From Tubiluchus corallicola (lineage: Eukaryota > Animalia > Priapulida): a stretch of DNA of 64,000 nt. Location of the stretch: contig JAQGDQ010000108.1 in NCBI GenBank assembly GCA_030141605.1, positions 248,001-312,000 of the forward strand, written 5' to 3'. Shown here piece after piece: positions 1-13,519 of the stretch. Below the pieces are notes generated by a model that was not told the origin of the DNA, did not search any database, and was given only the letters and a program-made list of their open reading frames with translations. A program made the translations under genes and the position numbers. Every line of letters begins with the position of its first letter. Positions within the stretch are counted from its first letter, which is position 1.

Positions 1-520
1 CTATATCAACTTCGCATTTAGACGTATTAAGCAAGAAAGCTTTTAACAGCATCTGTTTGCAGTTAAAACTCTGTAAGATGAATCTTTTTTATTACTAAAC
101 GTCTAGAACGTGTCGACTAGATACCTTCGTCTCAGCCTAGACTCCAAACTGAAAATTAAAGCTATTTTTTAAATGCTTTGCAAGGATTACATAACTAGTT
201 TGTGAGATCACACGTCAAACACACGGTTTTGAAATTACGAATATTCAAATTTAGCAGTAATGAGCGCTTGTAGTGATTGTTAATTACATGAATTTATTAT
301 TTTTTAGTTTCTCCGATTTTTGGTCAACAAAAAGTATCAACAACTGCATGCATATATACCCATAACTAAATTTTAATTTTAAAGTTGCACAGTATCATTT
401 GCTATAGTATAGTATATCTTATTTTTTGTATCGCACAGTATCGTATATTATTCGAATATATCTTATCTACTCTATCTTATCTTTCTACTACTACTGCTGC
501 CATGCTCTATCTTATCTTTC

Positions 521-615
521 TTCTATTCTATTCTATTCTATTCTATTCTATTCTATTCTATTCTATTCTATTCTATTCTATTCTATTCTATTCTATTCTA
601 TTCTATTCTATTCTA
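521..615. repeat. (TTCTA)n pentanucleotide microsatellite
   Basis: About 19 perfect TTCTA units read directly; these explain the ILFYS-repeat ORFs. Confidence 0.97.
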
Positions 616-993
616 TTTATTCTACTCTTTTCCGACCTGTTCCGTTGCGTTCCATTGTGCTCTATTCTACTCTGTTTAAAAATGAAAATTGTGGAAAACG
701 CTGTTAATCGTTGCCACCATCATTGTCATATGTCGTCAGCTTTATCACCATAACCGCCACGCTCGGAATCATGATATCGTTCAATGTCATAATTATCGTC
801 ATTGAAATGTTTCGAAGTCATCATTGCTGTCACAATCATCATCATCATAAACTTTGTGACCACCATAGTCAAATTTCCACATTGATTCCTTTCACAGGGA
901 TGATATTGAAAGTCTTAGTTTATTTTTACCCGAGTTGTTTTCTTTTTTGCTTTCTTAAATACTAGCTGATTTCAAAATTGTTTTTTGTTTCAG

Positions 994-1135
994 GAAAGAT
1001 GTGAACCATCCACAGCTGTTTACATGTTTATTTGCATTGATCTCTTGGATGAGTAAAGACAGCTTCCTCTTCTTAATTCATTCCCTGATTGGCAGGGTAT
1101 CAGATCACAAACTACTATGTTGGTTTGGTTTTTAA
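994..1135 (+). other. Candidate exon (possibly terminal) of a gene lying upstream of the window
   Basis: Strong acceptor ttgttttttgtttcag|G at 993/994, with a CTGAT branch-like motif about 25 nt upstream. Open frames are ERCEPSTAVYMFICIDLLDE* (stop 1054-1056) or KDVNHPQLF...WFGF* (stop 1133-1135). AATAAA at 1584. No family recognised. Confidence 0.3.
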
Positions 1136-1377
1136 AGTTAAAACATCGCCGTTTTTCGACTGCAATGATATCGTAGAACTGAGTCACTTTGTCACAAATG
1201 GGGCAATGTATGCTTGTGAAATGTATTTTTATACATTTCTTTACAACCACTTTTTCAATGTTTTCTGTTCAGTCTGTTTTAAATTTCAGTGTTATAGTGT
1301 GCAACCCACATTTTGTGTAGTTTAATTTTAGATTTCATTCCTTACAATTAGCCAAGCATGTATGTAAGGTAACTAAG

Positions 1378-1506
<129 letters not shown>

Positions 1507-4500
1507 TATTTCCTGCCAGGTTTTTTCCCCATTTCCTAATAATTCTCACTTGTCCCTGTCACAGTTTTTCAGTTGTGTAGAAAAATAAAATAAACAGCAT
1601 TATGTTAATTTTTATGACAGCTTAATAATTAATTTGTTAAGGTATATTACCTGACGTAGCATTATTTAGCTTATTAAAGTTTGATGAACAATCTGATTTA
1701 TTTTAAAAATAGTTAAACTATAACTAGTTAAAATTTAGTTTTCGTAGAAATAAAAAAATTGTTATTTTACTACAATGATAGCACAGATTTAAATACCGCG
1801 TTTGCGCTAGAAAAAAAGTAAATCTAAAAATAATAATTACTTAATATAATTATAAATATTTTACCTAACGATTATGTTTTTTGAAAAAATAATTTAACAT
1901 GAACAAACCTAATACAAAACATCAAGATCAATGAAATTTATCTTCAATTGTTACATTTTGGGCGATGATTTGTTATTATCACTATTCTAACTTCATTACA
2001 TAAAATCAGATTGTTGGATACCTCAGCTAATACTGCTCTTTCCCTAGTAATTTGCCATAAAAACAGACATGAGCAGCGAGCACACGAAGCACTTGAAGCA
2101 CTTACGACGTAGCGATATAGTTGCACACTATATATAGCGTAAAAAGCCAAACTCAAGTTGAACTAACGAAAAGGTGCTAACTGCTTTATGGTGGTTAATT
2201 AAATTTAATTAATTTTATAGGTAATCTGTAATTCTGTCTATATATTTGTTCATGCTCAAATGTAAACTCAACGAAAAAGATTGATAAAAAATGTTTTCAA
2301 CTGCACTGTATTATAACAGGTAATTAGAATTTTATTTTAAGTCAAAAACTGAATTTAGCAATATAAAAAGTATCCAAATATCAATGGATTTTAAATGTCA
2401 GACGGTTTATCAGCCTTCAACAAGCCAAACAAATGCAAGCACAGGAATTGTTAACCCGTTAGTAGGAGTTGGTTTACAATAAATTACCAATGTTTAAACT
2501 TATTCAGAGCAAGGGTGTTTAAGGGCCCTAAAGCTGATTCAGACGAATACAAGTTCTAACAGAAATGAACATCTCTATAATGAACAGTTTCAAAACAGGA
2601 ATGCGAAAGTCGCGTCACACCATATGCAGCGAGGCGTTTGTTTTGGCGATATATGTGCACGACTCACAAAGCATAAACCAAATAAATTTTGCAACAAGAG
2701 CGCCCCCAACTTCTTGTTGACACGTAGTAGCGCCTCCACGCTAGGCGTTTTATTTGCGCATAGGTTTCATTGCCGTATCACCCACCTTACCAAAGCATGG
2801 CTTCAAATATCCTAGAAGCTTAGAGGAATAATCCAAGACCACTGGCTTCCAATTACAGGCAGATTGAGAAACAGGCGGCTAATGAGCTGTTTTGATAATT
2901 ATCTTCAGTCGTCTGGAAGAATGGATTTAATTGTCGAAGCTGATGAGGAAGAGCAGCGACAATAATGAGAGAAAAAACAGTTTTTCCTTGAAAGATTGCC
3001 GCCGAGAGGAAGAACTGAGGCTGTCAGAAAGTTGATTAGATATTTTGAAGATGCTCTGTGTGATTTGTTAGGAGTCACTAAAAAGTAGAAATATATATTC
3101 GTGCGACAGTTTGAAATTGTCTAGACATAAATATAAATCATAATGCAATTTAAAAAGCTACCACTAAAATGGAAAAACTAATCTTGGTATTGGAATTAAG
3201 ATTAATTAATGAGTCAATAAAAATTTTTGACCTATGCAATTTAATTAAGACACAGGGAAGTGGATTAATAAAAAATGAAGGCATGATTAGGATCCCAGAA
3301 AAAAGAACACCAAGCAAAAAAACGAAAACAGTAAATGAAAAGTAAAGAATATTATCAAAATTAAAAGATTACACAGCATTAAAAGTTAAAAAAGTTTCAA
3401 TGATATTTTATAGGTAATTTTACAGGTTTGTGTTTAAGAAATTGGCTCGCACGACCTTGCAACATTATCCTCTGGTCACAAGAGTTTACTAGATTTTTAT
3501 GTCAAACCCAGGGTACCTTTAATTCGAGAGCCAGATTTGCGAAAACTGAGGTTTATAAAAATTGGAGTGTTCAAAGACGACATGAAATCAGAATATCCAA
3601 CTTGAGATTCGAACTTGTTCAGATTCGATCATTAAATCGCTAGATGGAATTGAAATGACAGTTAAAAAGCATGCTTTTGTATTCACAAGAGTTTCTTTTT
3701 GGTCGGGTGTAATGGGATAACCAGTTACCACCCACTGGTGACGTCATTCCCAGTGATTGATATACGCGAGCTATGTTGTAATATGCGAGTTTGCGATAAA
3801 ATGTTTTTGAGACGATGGAAATGTTTGTTTCCCTAGTGTATTTGAGACGAGTTTAAATGAAGGAAAATTTCGTAGTGAACTGGTGACCAACCCCTATAAA
3901 CTAGCGGATTAGCTGTGAAGAAAAGCAAACCTGCGATATGTCATGCTGGATACATGACATTTAAGTTGCCTTTGTTAAGTGGCACCTCTTAAAGACATCC
4001 CTTGATAATGAGGCATCTTCTGGTCTTTCCAAGATTATCCAAATTGAGTAGGCCCGGGACCCTGTCCAGAATTTTAATGCTGGATTCTTGGGCAGAGTTG
4101 TAGGGGTTGTCAAGAAATGATTGCCCTCTCCCACCGTACAGAAGAAACCAAAACGAATAGATAAAAACCGACAAAACCATGAAAAGGAGCATTTAATTTT
4201 TTTAAGTATAAAGAGTTTTTATTTTAGTATCTACTGTCGTTATTCGCAGCTCTGGGGGCAACTCTACAGGATCACAAATTGAAAGGGGGGCGACTCATTT
4301 TAATTTCTGAATTGGACGGGTGCCTTCAAAAACTGCATTAATATTTGATTTCGACGACAAGTAGTTGAGGGAATTAAAAAAACAAATCAAAAGAAATATT
4401 ATAATAATTAGCATACCAAAAACACGTTTGTATCTACTTGTGATTATAGCTGAGCATTTCCTGAAATAAGGTGTTAATCTAGCCGCGTGAGCAAGTTTAA

Positions 4501-7500
4501 TCATCAGTCAAACAAGAGAAAGGAGCCAAGTTGTAGAAAGTTGGCAAACTAGAGTAAACTTATTGGCTCAATTAGTTAAGTAGAAAGGCAATCTAATTAA
4601 GTAAAAAAATAAGTAAAAACAGAGTATTCTACTTTCGGTTTGTTTGTGGTTTGGCAACAACTACAATGAATTTAAAAGCCAAAATTTTCTGGGCCCTTTC
4701 AGCGTACTTATTTCTTCAATATATTAAAAAGACCTCAGATTAAGATCATCCAGAAGACACCGAAAAGATTAAGGCCGGATTAGTGTCTCAGGCACCTCCT
4801 CGGAACACCTTGGGCTCATTTAAAACCTGTTACTCTGTTTCAATTTGGCGCCCCGATGTTAATTGTGTAACATACAACAGTGTCAAATTTGCCAGGCTCC
4901 TAACGAACTCAATTAAAACCCTACGGCTCATTTCCTGCGCTACATCTGGGCTTGATGAAGACACTGAACAGAACCGGATTACAGAAGCCCGTTTCATCAT
5001 CAAAAGTATGGCTTCCACGAGGGGCGTGTCTAGAAAACGATATAAATTTCAAAAATCACAGTGCTAAAAACAATTAATATTGTCGGACAATGATTAGTCA
5101 TATTTCAACAGTTGCGACACTATTTTAATTTCTCGGTCCTATGCAAATGAACCACGTGCAATTGGAGAAAGCAACAACAAAATGTGAGAGCAGGAAATAG
5201 TATTGTGCAACATTGAAAATACAAGCTACTTTATTATAGCTGAGTTATAGTAAGTTAAAAGTGCGATAATTTAGTTTAATAGTTTCATACGTGAACTTGC
5301 AGCTGCGTATATATTATATTAGCGGGAGGTCTGAGGACAGCCTCCTTTAATGTCTGCTACATTAGGTTTAGAAATTAGGTTTTCCCATTTACTTTGCGAA
5401 CCAAGTTGCTTGTGGTTGAAATCGCTTAAGAGCATAATCTCAGGGAAACCTTATTTTACGGAGTGATACTTAATTTTATGAACAAATAATTTTCTCCTTC
5501 GCAGTTCATTCAAGAATAAACTTTCTTGTTTTTGTTCTGTCTTTCATTGTTATAAAATATTTTAAGTAACTTCTTAACACCCTCTTAAAACACTACTGCA
5601 AACGTAGTGCTCTTGTTGGCTTCATTTTTTGTAGGAATGAAAATTATCATTCACAGCATATTTTAATTTGTTATTTATCATTTGCACAACGTTGGTATTA
5701 TGATGCTAATATGTCTAGTCTGTGCCATTTAATACTGCATTATTTGTTTTTAATTTTAAGATTTCGTCCTGCGGTCTAGTACTCCCGCAGAACGCTTCCA
5801 AAATACCTTATGTCACATTCATACTTGAATATCCGGTCATAAAGTAAGTTCTTTAATTATTTATTTGGAATTTATTTTTCTTTGCACTGGAATATAACAT
5901 CTATATGAAAATAGATGTATATATTACAAAGAATATATCATTTTAAATAAAAAAGCGAAATTTCGAGATTCTAAAGCGATTTAATAAAGAAACTGATCAA
6001 CTGATACTGATAGCATTGACTATACAATCATAATATTAATAATACAATAAATACAATATCAACATCTATTTTTTTTATTTTTGTAATCTTGATGTGCCAA
6101 GCATAAAATAAAATGTCATTAATAATATGCTATTTTTTACTTCCTAACAATCATGAATGGGTAAGCGCTGAAATATTTCTAATTTACTCTACAGGATTTA
6201 CGTGCAAAATAGATAATAATACTCGACTCTGTGATATTTTGAAATGAGCCTATTTTTAGTGTCCACAATGTATTTACATAAAAATCACTGGCATTATCTA
6301 AACTTATAATCATTATCACCACCTGTCTTGGATTTCCTGTACTGTGCATTCATTTACATATTACATACTGAGAAATAATTGTGGCTCTGTTTTAGTTTAA
6401 AATGATTTTAGTAAGCTAATCAAGCAACAAAGCAACATTAAAGCAACAACAACGTGTTGAAGATTAAGTGGAGATATTGAAGTTCAACCACACCGCAGTT
6501 GAATCTTGACTACCTACTTATGCAGCAATATTTTCTAACATTATTATAGCCCTGAGCTCTTTTCCTTTTCTGCTCTCCACTGTGCATTGTTTATTAAATT
6601 ACATGATTTGCACGCCTGCTTATCAAATACTTTCTGTACATATTGCTTAGGAAAATGCTGGCTGACTGCTAAATTGCTTTCCCTTGCCGAAGCCGCCTGT
6701 CGGATTAAGTTAGCCGCCCGTTTTATGATAATGAGGTTCGAAATCAGCTTACAGATTACGAGAGAAGCTGCAGTACGCAAAACAACATCTCATTTAGTTT
6801 TTTCTTAGCTTGACAACATTACTATCAAATTATTCGTTCGTTTATATAATTTATACAAAATTGGAAGTGGATGAAAAGGATGACGACGATGATGACGACC
6901 ACGACGACGATGATGATGATGTGTCGACTACATGATACTACATGATGGTGATGAGGACCGAAATAGTAGCAAGGACAAAAGACAAAAACAAGATTTATTT
7001 AACAGTCGCTCATTTAACAGACAGGCTATATAGCGACTTACGCCTACAATGACAGGTAAGAACGCAACACAAAAACTACGAATAACAGCTAGGGTATACG
7101 TCCTGGCGTTGGGAGCCGCTAGTCTCGAACTCAAGACTGCATGGTTGCAGTTCGAAATGAAAACCACTCGCCAAACCCAGCTACAATAGCAACTTTAATA
7201 GCAGCGCTACTACTGCAGTTAGTGCTGTCGTTGATTGATGGTGTAAGCAATGATGAAGATGTAACTGAAGACAATGACAATGATGATCATGACGGTAATA
7301 ATAATGACGAAAACTGAACGGATATTACAACGCTATCATAAATCAATGTTTTAAAGGATTCAGTCGGCGGTAACATAACCAAACGAGTAGTTAACGCTAT
7401 ACACAGACCTCGCAACGTACTTTGCACCTGTAGGCTAAAAGATAATGCTAAAATTCGTTTAAATGTCGTTTTATTTGTGTTACCCATCTCAGCTTTACAA

Positions 7501-8840
7501 GACGTAGTTCACGAAAATCTGAAAGCTACATGGTTTTCTTAATTTCTGAAAAATTAAATAAAATTTAATAACCTGTGGGTATTGTAATCGGTAACTATGT
7601 TTCGTGACTTTTTAATCCAGCACCCTTTTAGGTGCTGATTTTGACTGTTTTTAAGGCTATGCAACATTATGGTTCAAATTAGAATGCTAAAATTATCTCT
7701 GTATGTTTTCTGCTCCAAGCAAAATCTCCAACGTCAAAAAGTACAAAACTGACCGAATATTAAAATTTATTCTCTTTATTAAACAGTAAAATTCAGATTA
7801 AATTACCACCAAATCCAGCAAAACAGACTTAACTATTTGCATCTATTTTCTTAAATTTAGTACCAATGCAGCTTTATTTTTACGACTTCATAGATAATTA
7901 GGCCTAAATTCAGTTTAGTGTCAGTCTGGGTTAATACTTTTATAACAGCATGGATAATTGAATTAAATTAGAAATTTAATGCTAATATGTGGTCGTCCCA
8001 GTAAAATGTAGAAAAACAGACGCAATAATTATTGTCTTAGTAGTATCTGCAAATTCTATTTTAGTTGGTTTTAGGTTCTTCAAAGACAATGTTGTTTTTA
8101 CTGTTTCTTACTGTGTAATTTTGAAGATATAGTAACTTGTATGTTTGTAAACTAATGAATTTCATTCATTTAAAACGTCTGTAAGTTTTAACACTAGATT
8201 TTAGCTGCTCAAGGTATTTAGTTGAAGATACGGCGTAGAAATGATTCGCTGATTTCATAATAATGCATTATAAACACAAAATTACATGGTAGGATGCGTA
8301 TATTGTGTTACATTATATTGTATTCATATTGACCGGATTTTACATTCTCTGATTATAATAATTAACATACTGACTACATGTATAATAAATTGCAAACAGA
8401 TAACAAAAACAATGCGGAAATAAAGGTTTATTTTGTTGAATATCTTTGCGGCTCCATCAATTTACGAATTGGTCTCAATTTCATTTACTGCTTTCTTTAT
8501 TCCTACTCGTAGAGATATGGTGAAAATACTTCTGCTTGATCGCCAATATCGGTGATTTAATCCTGTTTTCTGGATGAGTTATCTTAATCCTTCTGTCTTT
8601 ATTAGTGCAAGACTACTTTCCAGAATCTAAATATATATTGTATCTCTGCCGTTTAATTAAACTGCAGGGTTAATTTCACGCTCAGATAGCCAACCTCTTG
8701 AAGCTATAACCGCAGCCAGTAGCCTAGCAATCTTTCATATTTTGCAAGTATGTATACATACCGTTCTGTTTTTTCTTCTTTCTGTTATTCTTTCCTTCCT
8801 GCCTTCTTTAATTCCTTCTTTCCTTAATTTATTTATTTAG

Positions 8841-9132
8841 TCATTCATTGATTCATCCATTCGTTGATTCATTCATTCATTCATTCATTCATTCATTCAT
8901 TCATTCATTCATTCATTCATTCATTCATTCATTCATTCATTCATTCATTCATTCATTCATTCATTCATTCATTCATTCATTCATTCATTCATTCATTTAT
9001 TCATTCATTCATTCATTCATTCATTCATTCATTCATTCATTCATTCATTCGTTCATTCATCCATTGATTCATCCATTCATTCATTCATTCATTCATTCAT
9101 TCATTCATTCATTCATTCATTCATTCATTCAT

Positions 9133-9172
<40 letters not shown>

Positions 9173-9249
9173 TTTTTCTTTCTTTCTTTCACTCATTCAT
9201 TTTTTCATTCATTCATTTATTTACTCATTATTTTATTCATTTATTCATT
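8841..9249. repeat. (ATTC)n followed by (TTTC)n microsatellite
   Basis: Read directly; explains the IHSF-repeat ORFs. Confidence 0.97.
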
Positions 9250-10195
9250 AGCATAACATAAATTAGCCACAATACTTGAGCAACACGAAATAACAAAACT
9301 CGAAAAGGAAGTTAAACTGGGTGCTTCCCCTTTTCCCATTTTTCTTAATGACAATGTTTAGATGTCCGGTTCACCAACACGATTACACCCCCATCTTACA
9401 AACCACCTCCTTGCAATCTTCTCTCCGTCTTTTAACACTCATAATCGAAAAAGCATCTATCTAAATATTGACAATAAAATCAGTATTCGAGTAGCGCGGG
9501 TAAATATTTTAATCTGTGCAAAAATTGTCTATCTGTTGTTAGCTTAGCTGTCATCCTAAGGTCGCAATGCGTGCTCTGACTGCTCGAGTGTGAATCAGTT
9601 CCTTAATCTGCGCTAAGAACCTTGTGCTGATATTTATTTCGAATCAACTTTTTAACGAAAGTTAGTTTAACAGGTAAGCAATAAACGGCAGAGCTAAGAC
9701 GACGTTTGACGAAGCAGATTAGAGAGGGTGTAAGACCAGTAACAATAGTTTGAGTGATTTGAGTGAAAGACTATTAGCGAGGCTGTGACGGATATGATCT
9801 CTTAAGAAACAAATGAATGCAAGAATTAGGGTGGTTACAATCGTGTGAAACAACTGCGTTTGACTTAGACAAACCGCAGCTGGCAGAGCTGAAATCCTTA
9901 AGAACTCTCAACTAGTGAACAGTTTTTCTTGGCATAAACCCATTTGCAAATAAAACACTTAGGAAAAGAAGAGCATCTCACTTCCTTTCTATCTCTCCCG
10001 TATCTTAGAGAGAGAGAGAGGCATCTATAATGCAAAAACGTCACACTTGAATTACTCTTAAAACTAATCTATTCACGTTTAACTTCTTTTGCTAGTTCTT
10101 AAATTCAGTAAATTTATTAAAGTAAATCTTCTGTAAAATCAAAATTCTGCCAGATGATTAGAAGTTTTGTAGGTGCCACCGCTAAAGTGATAAAC

Positions 10196-10384
10196 AATGT
10201 TTTCCATATTATGCACACCAAAGTGGCGCCATCCAATGACAAAAAAACACAATAATAAACTTGTGCTACTTTAATATCTCATTTACTTATAATGTTTTCA
10301 TATTATGCACACCATAGTGTCCATTCAATGACAAGAAAAGAAAACAATGCAAAGCAGAATAATTCCTTAATTCTCGTTTACTTA
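10196..10384. repeat. Diverged ~95-bp tandem duplication
   Basis: aatgtttt(c)catattatgcacacca...ccat(c/t)caatgacaa...tttactta occurs at about 10196-10289 and 10291-10384. Confidence 0.8.
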
Positions 10385-12431
10385 TTCGTTTACTCGTTTA
10401 GTAATTAAGATCCTAAAGAAAAGATTTGGGCAGACCTCCAATGTCAAAATTGTATCTGTACTAGCTACGTGTGTTGTTTGGAACTGGACTAGTGCGCATG
10501 CGCATCACGCAGATCTTAAGATGCGGAAGAGCTGTTGCGTCTTCATCAGAAACAATACAGCTTATTTAGAAACCTATAATTTAGCCTAATTACCCAGGAA
10601 ACGTAATACCTCGGTCCTCAAAACAAATTTACTTTGGTTTAACCAGGTCCTTTCAGGCGCCCTGTAAGTTGAGCCGATCAACAAGGCATTGACGTTTATT
10701 AACAAGGGGAATCAGGCCCTTCAGACTAATACTCTCTTTGAGAAACAATAGATTTACCGTAATCTGGATTTGGATTTATTGTTTACAAGATTATCTTCTT
10801 AAAGCGGCAGTGTATACATAGATTACCTTTAAGTGGTTACTTCAGAAAGTTGTCAACGTTTCAGGTCTGTTGTTATAATAGACTTCTGCTTGTACACAAA
10901 TTATATCATCGTCCAGCTCGCAAGAATGTGAAGCAAAGGTATTATTTGTTTTAATGAGGATTGCAACAGAAAGACGACGCTGATAATAAACTAATTTGCT
11001 TCACCTTCTTAGTAAGCCTATATTACATATCTATTAGCATATGTCTACACTTAATTGCAAGTTTCTTGTATTATAGTTTTCTGATTCTGAGTCAAGTAAT
11101 AGTTATTTCAGTAAAGTGTTAATTGTTAATTAAGTGTGAAGCTGAACGCCATATAAAAGACAAATATGTTAAGAGCTGTGTCTCTCAATTTGCCTTTTAC
11201 ATTGTCATTCAGTATGCTTGAATGTATTACGTGCAACCTTACGTGCAGTTTTACACTTAACTGTTTAAATTAAATAATAGCAGCTCCATACATGAATGAA
11301 ATACAATACGAAAATGGAGTTAAGAGATCTTTATTGAGAGACACAGCGTCTGTTGTATTGCATTCAATTTCACATTTAGCTAACATTAAACTCAGTTAAC
11401 TGCTACTTGACTCGTAAACCGAAAAACTGCAAAATTTCGCGGTAATTTTACATATTGTAATTTGGTCCTAATGAAACTTTACTTAAACTTCGATATTTTC
11501 AGAGCCAAATGCAAATAGCCCTCGCATGGAAAATTGAAATTGCACCGAGCTGAAACAGGGCACGCTTCTTGTATAAGCTATTACGCAAAACGTAATTAGT
11601 TTAACGAAAACTGATACCAACTATTATTTATCCCATAATCAGATAAATGAACATGTAAGGCAAGTCAACAATGACTTTATCATCATCCAATGCACTCGAG
11701 AGTTCGATCCGCGTGGGAAGACGAACCATTGTCACAATAAACTCGCCAAGCGTGCACGCAACCCGATCCCACAACCCACCGTCGGATAACACCCTTTCCG
11801 GATCGACATGATACACGATGTATTTAAATTCGTCCCTTAATTATTCATGTTCGGCCCGCCGGGCATTCAGTGTCGGACTGGATTAAAATGCCTTCAAGAA
11901 TTCATTGGTTACTTAATGGTTGTCTATATCAAAACAGATGGCACGGTTAACACTCTCCGGCTATGCGGGGTTTTCATGCAGAAATTTTTCAATCGATGTA
12001 CATGAATATTTATTGCACATTATGAGTTGCTTAGTTGATAATATTTGCTGTCCTTCAGTTAAGATGCATATTATCGTTTTATACGCACAGCTCTGACACG
12101 AAAAACGGTAATGAAGCCTGCGCAGAGTTGACGTTCTACACTCAGAATTCGACACCAACAGTATAAAATTATTATGAACGCGTTTATGTAACACCCTAGA
12201 CTCTTTTCTATTGTAGAATGAGACTCACATACCTCAACCGATTCAGTATCTCATCATAGAAAACAATCTTTGACATTGAATGAAGTTCCGATAGCGCCAC
12301 AATCATCTTCATTACGTAAATGCAGTCTTTGAGTAGTAGTCGTTTGCAGTGCAGTTTGTATTTTAGCTATAATGATTTTTGCAGTTAAGTATAGCAATTA
12401 TTGGTTTTAATTTTAATTGCGAAGTTGATAT

Positions 12432-12437
12432 TTTATT
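12432..12437 (-). terminator. Putative polyadenylation signal (AATAAA) of the CCDC166-like gene
   Basis: AATAAA on the minus strand about 40 nt downstream of the stop codon; the motif is common in AT-rich DNA. Confidence 0.4.
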
Positions 12438-12476
12438 TTGTTTAACATATGTTTCTGTCTAATGAGATGTGCATAT

Positions 12477-13382
12477 TTATTGATCCATACATGTACAAGA
12501 ATCACAAGGATAACACTCTTCAGCACAGAATTTAGTCACGGCTTTGCTTTCCCCCGAATAGTCATCTGGCTTGTCCTTGATGGGTCTTTTGACTTCTTTG
12601 CTGAAAGCCAATTCTCTAGCCAGTACTTTGTTTTGTTCTTTCAGTAGAAGCTTCTTTTGGTTCAGCTCGTTCGTTTTTTCAAACAGATTTCTAAGTGTCT
12701 TTGTAAGACGCTTATTGTCGGATGCAGCTGCTTGTATGTGCTCCATTAAACAACGAGAGGCTTCCTTGTTGGCTTCTTTTGCCAGAGATCGTACCATCTC
12801 TTCAGCTTCTTTTTCGTAATTCTGTTTTTCATGTAAAAACTCTATTTTTAGTTTGTTTATCGTCTTTGCGTGTTCTGCCTCGCGCTCAATCATCTCCTTT
12901 TTTAAACTGGCTATCTTCTCTTCCTGGGCCTTTCGCAAAGCTTTATATGGTTCCAGTTCATGTAGCTGCTTTTCCAACTTTGACATCACACTTTCCAACT
13001 TATACTTCTCTAACTGATGTTCGTGCTTCTTCGTTTCAAACTCATCTAGTGCTTGTTTCATTTCCTGCGCTATCCGAGCTGCCTGCTGTTCATTTAATAT
13101 TTTGAGTGTGGAAATGTCCGCGTTCCTCTGATCATTTCTCTCTTCTATATATTTCATATACTCATTTGTTTCGTCATTGTTCCTCTCCAGTTCGTCACTC
13201 AGCCAGATCTTTTCAGCTCTTAACTCGGTCACATCGAATTTAACTTGACTTAACTCTTCCGTGAGCTCCTTTAACTCTTCTCTTAAACATTCTTCTCTGT
13301 AGGCGACAACTTTTGCTTGTTCAGCTTTACGACGAGCTTTTGCAAGTGCTTTCTTAGAGCTTTGCTTATTTTTCTTAAACAT
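12477..13382 (-). CDS. CCDC166-like: Coiled-coil protein, CCDC166/CCDC121-like (DUF4515), single coding exon, 301 aa
   Basis: Long non-repetitive ORF with ATG in ACAATG context and E/K-rich heptads. Motifs LEPYKALRKAQEEKIASLKKE, EHAKTINKLKIEFLHEK..YEKEA and LAKEANKEASRCLMEH...DNKRL match my recollection of the CCDC166 pattern. Confidence 0.85.
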   Translation of the reverse strand: MFKKNKQSSKKALAKARRKAEQAKVVAYREECLREELKELTEELSQVKFDVTELRAEKIWLSDELERNNDETNEYMKYIEERNDQRNADISTLKILNEQQAARIAQEMKQALDEFETKKHEHQLEKYKLESVMSKLEKQLHELEPYKALRKAQEEKIASLKKEMIEREAEHAKTINKLKIEFLHEKQNYEKEAEEMVRSLAKEANKEASRCLMEHIQAAASDNKRLTKTLRNLFEKTNELNQKKLLLKEQNKVLARELAFSKEVKRPIKDKPDDYSGESKAVTKFCAEECYPCDSCTCMDQ

Positions 13383-13519
13383 TGTCGTTATAGATATATC
13401 TCTGAATGTTCTTTAATGCGCACAACTGCAGCCTTTTTCTTGTGTTAGTGCTGTTCTAAATGTAACCTACTGTGTCATTGTTGACTAAGATCTGTATTGT
13501 TTTTCGTCAACAATAGTTG

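Noticed and set aside
3-17. A ~14-mer (atatcaacttcgca) also present inverted near 12417-12430
   Set aside because: Matches of this length are expected by chance in 64 kb of AT-rich DNA, and the homology does not extend.
385-753. 122-aa and 93-aa ORFs with ILFYS repeats
   Set aside because: Translations of the (TTCTA)n microsatellite.
7590-7640. Hammerhead-like GAAAC with a GTG/CAC stem on the minus strand
   Set aside because: The CUGANGA box is absent (ctaaaag); a simple cagcacc/ggtgctg hairpin explains it equally well.
8848-9261. IHSF-repeat ORFs
   Set aside because: Translations of (ATTC)n.
10520-10560. CTGATGA on the minus strand (and at 34854 on the plus strand) as a hammerhead core
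   Set aside because: No stem II closure followed by GAAA.
11628-11816. 62-aa minus-strand ORF with protein-like composition
   Set aside because: Non-ATG start, no recognisable motif and no convincing splice sites.
12571-13105. Plus-strand ORFs of 82 and 127 aa
   Set aside because: Antisense shadows of the CCDC166-like CDS.
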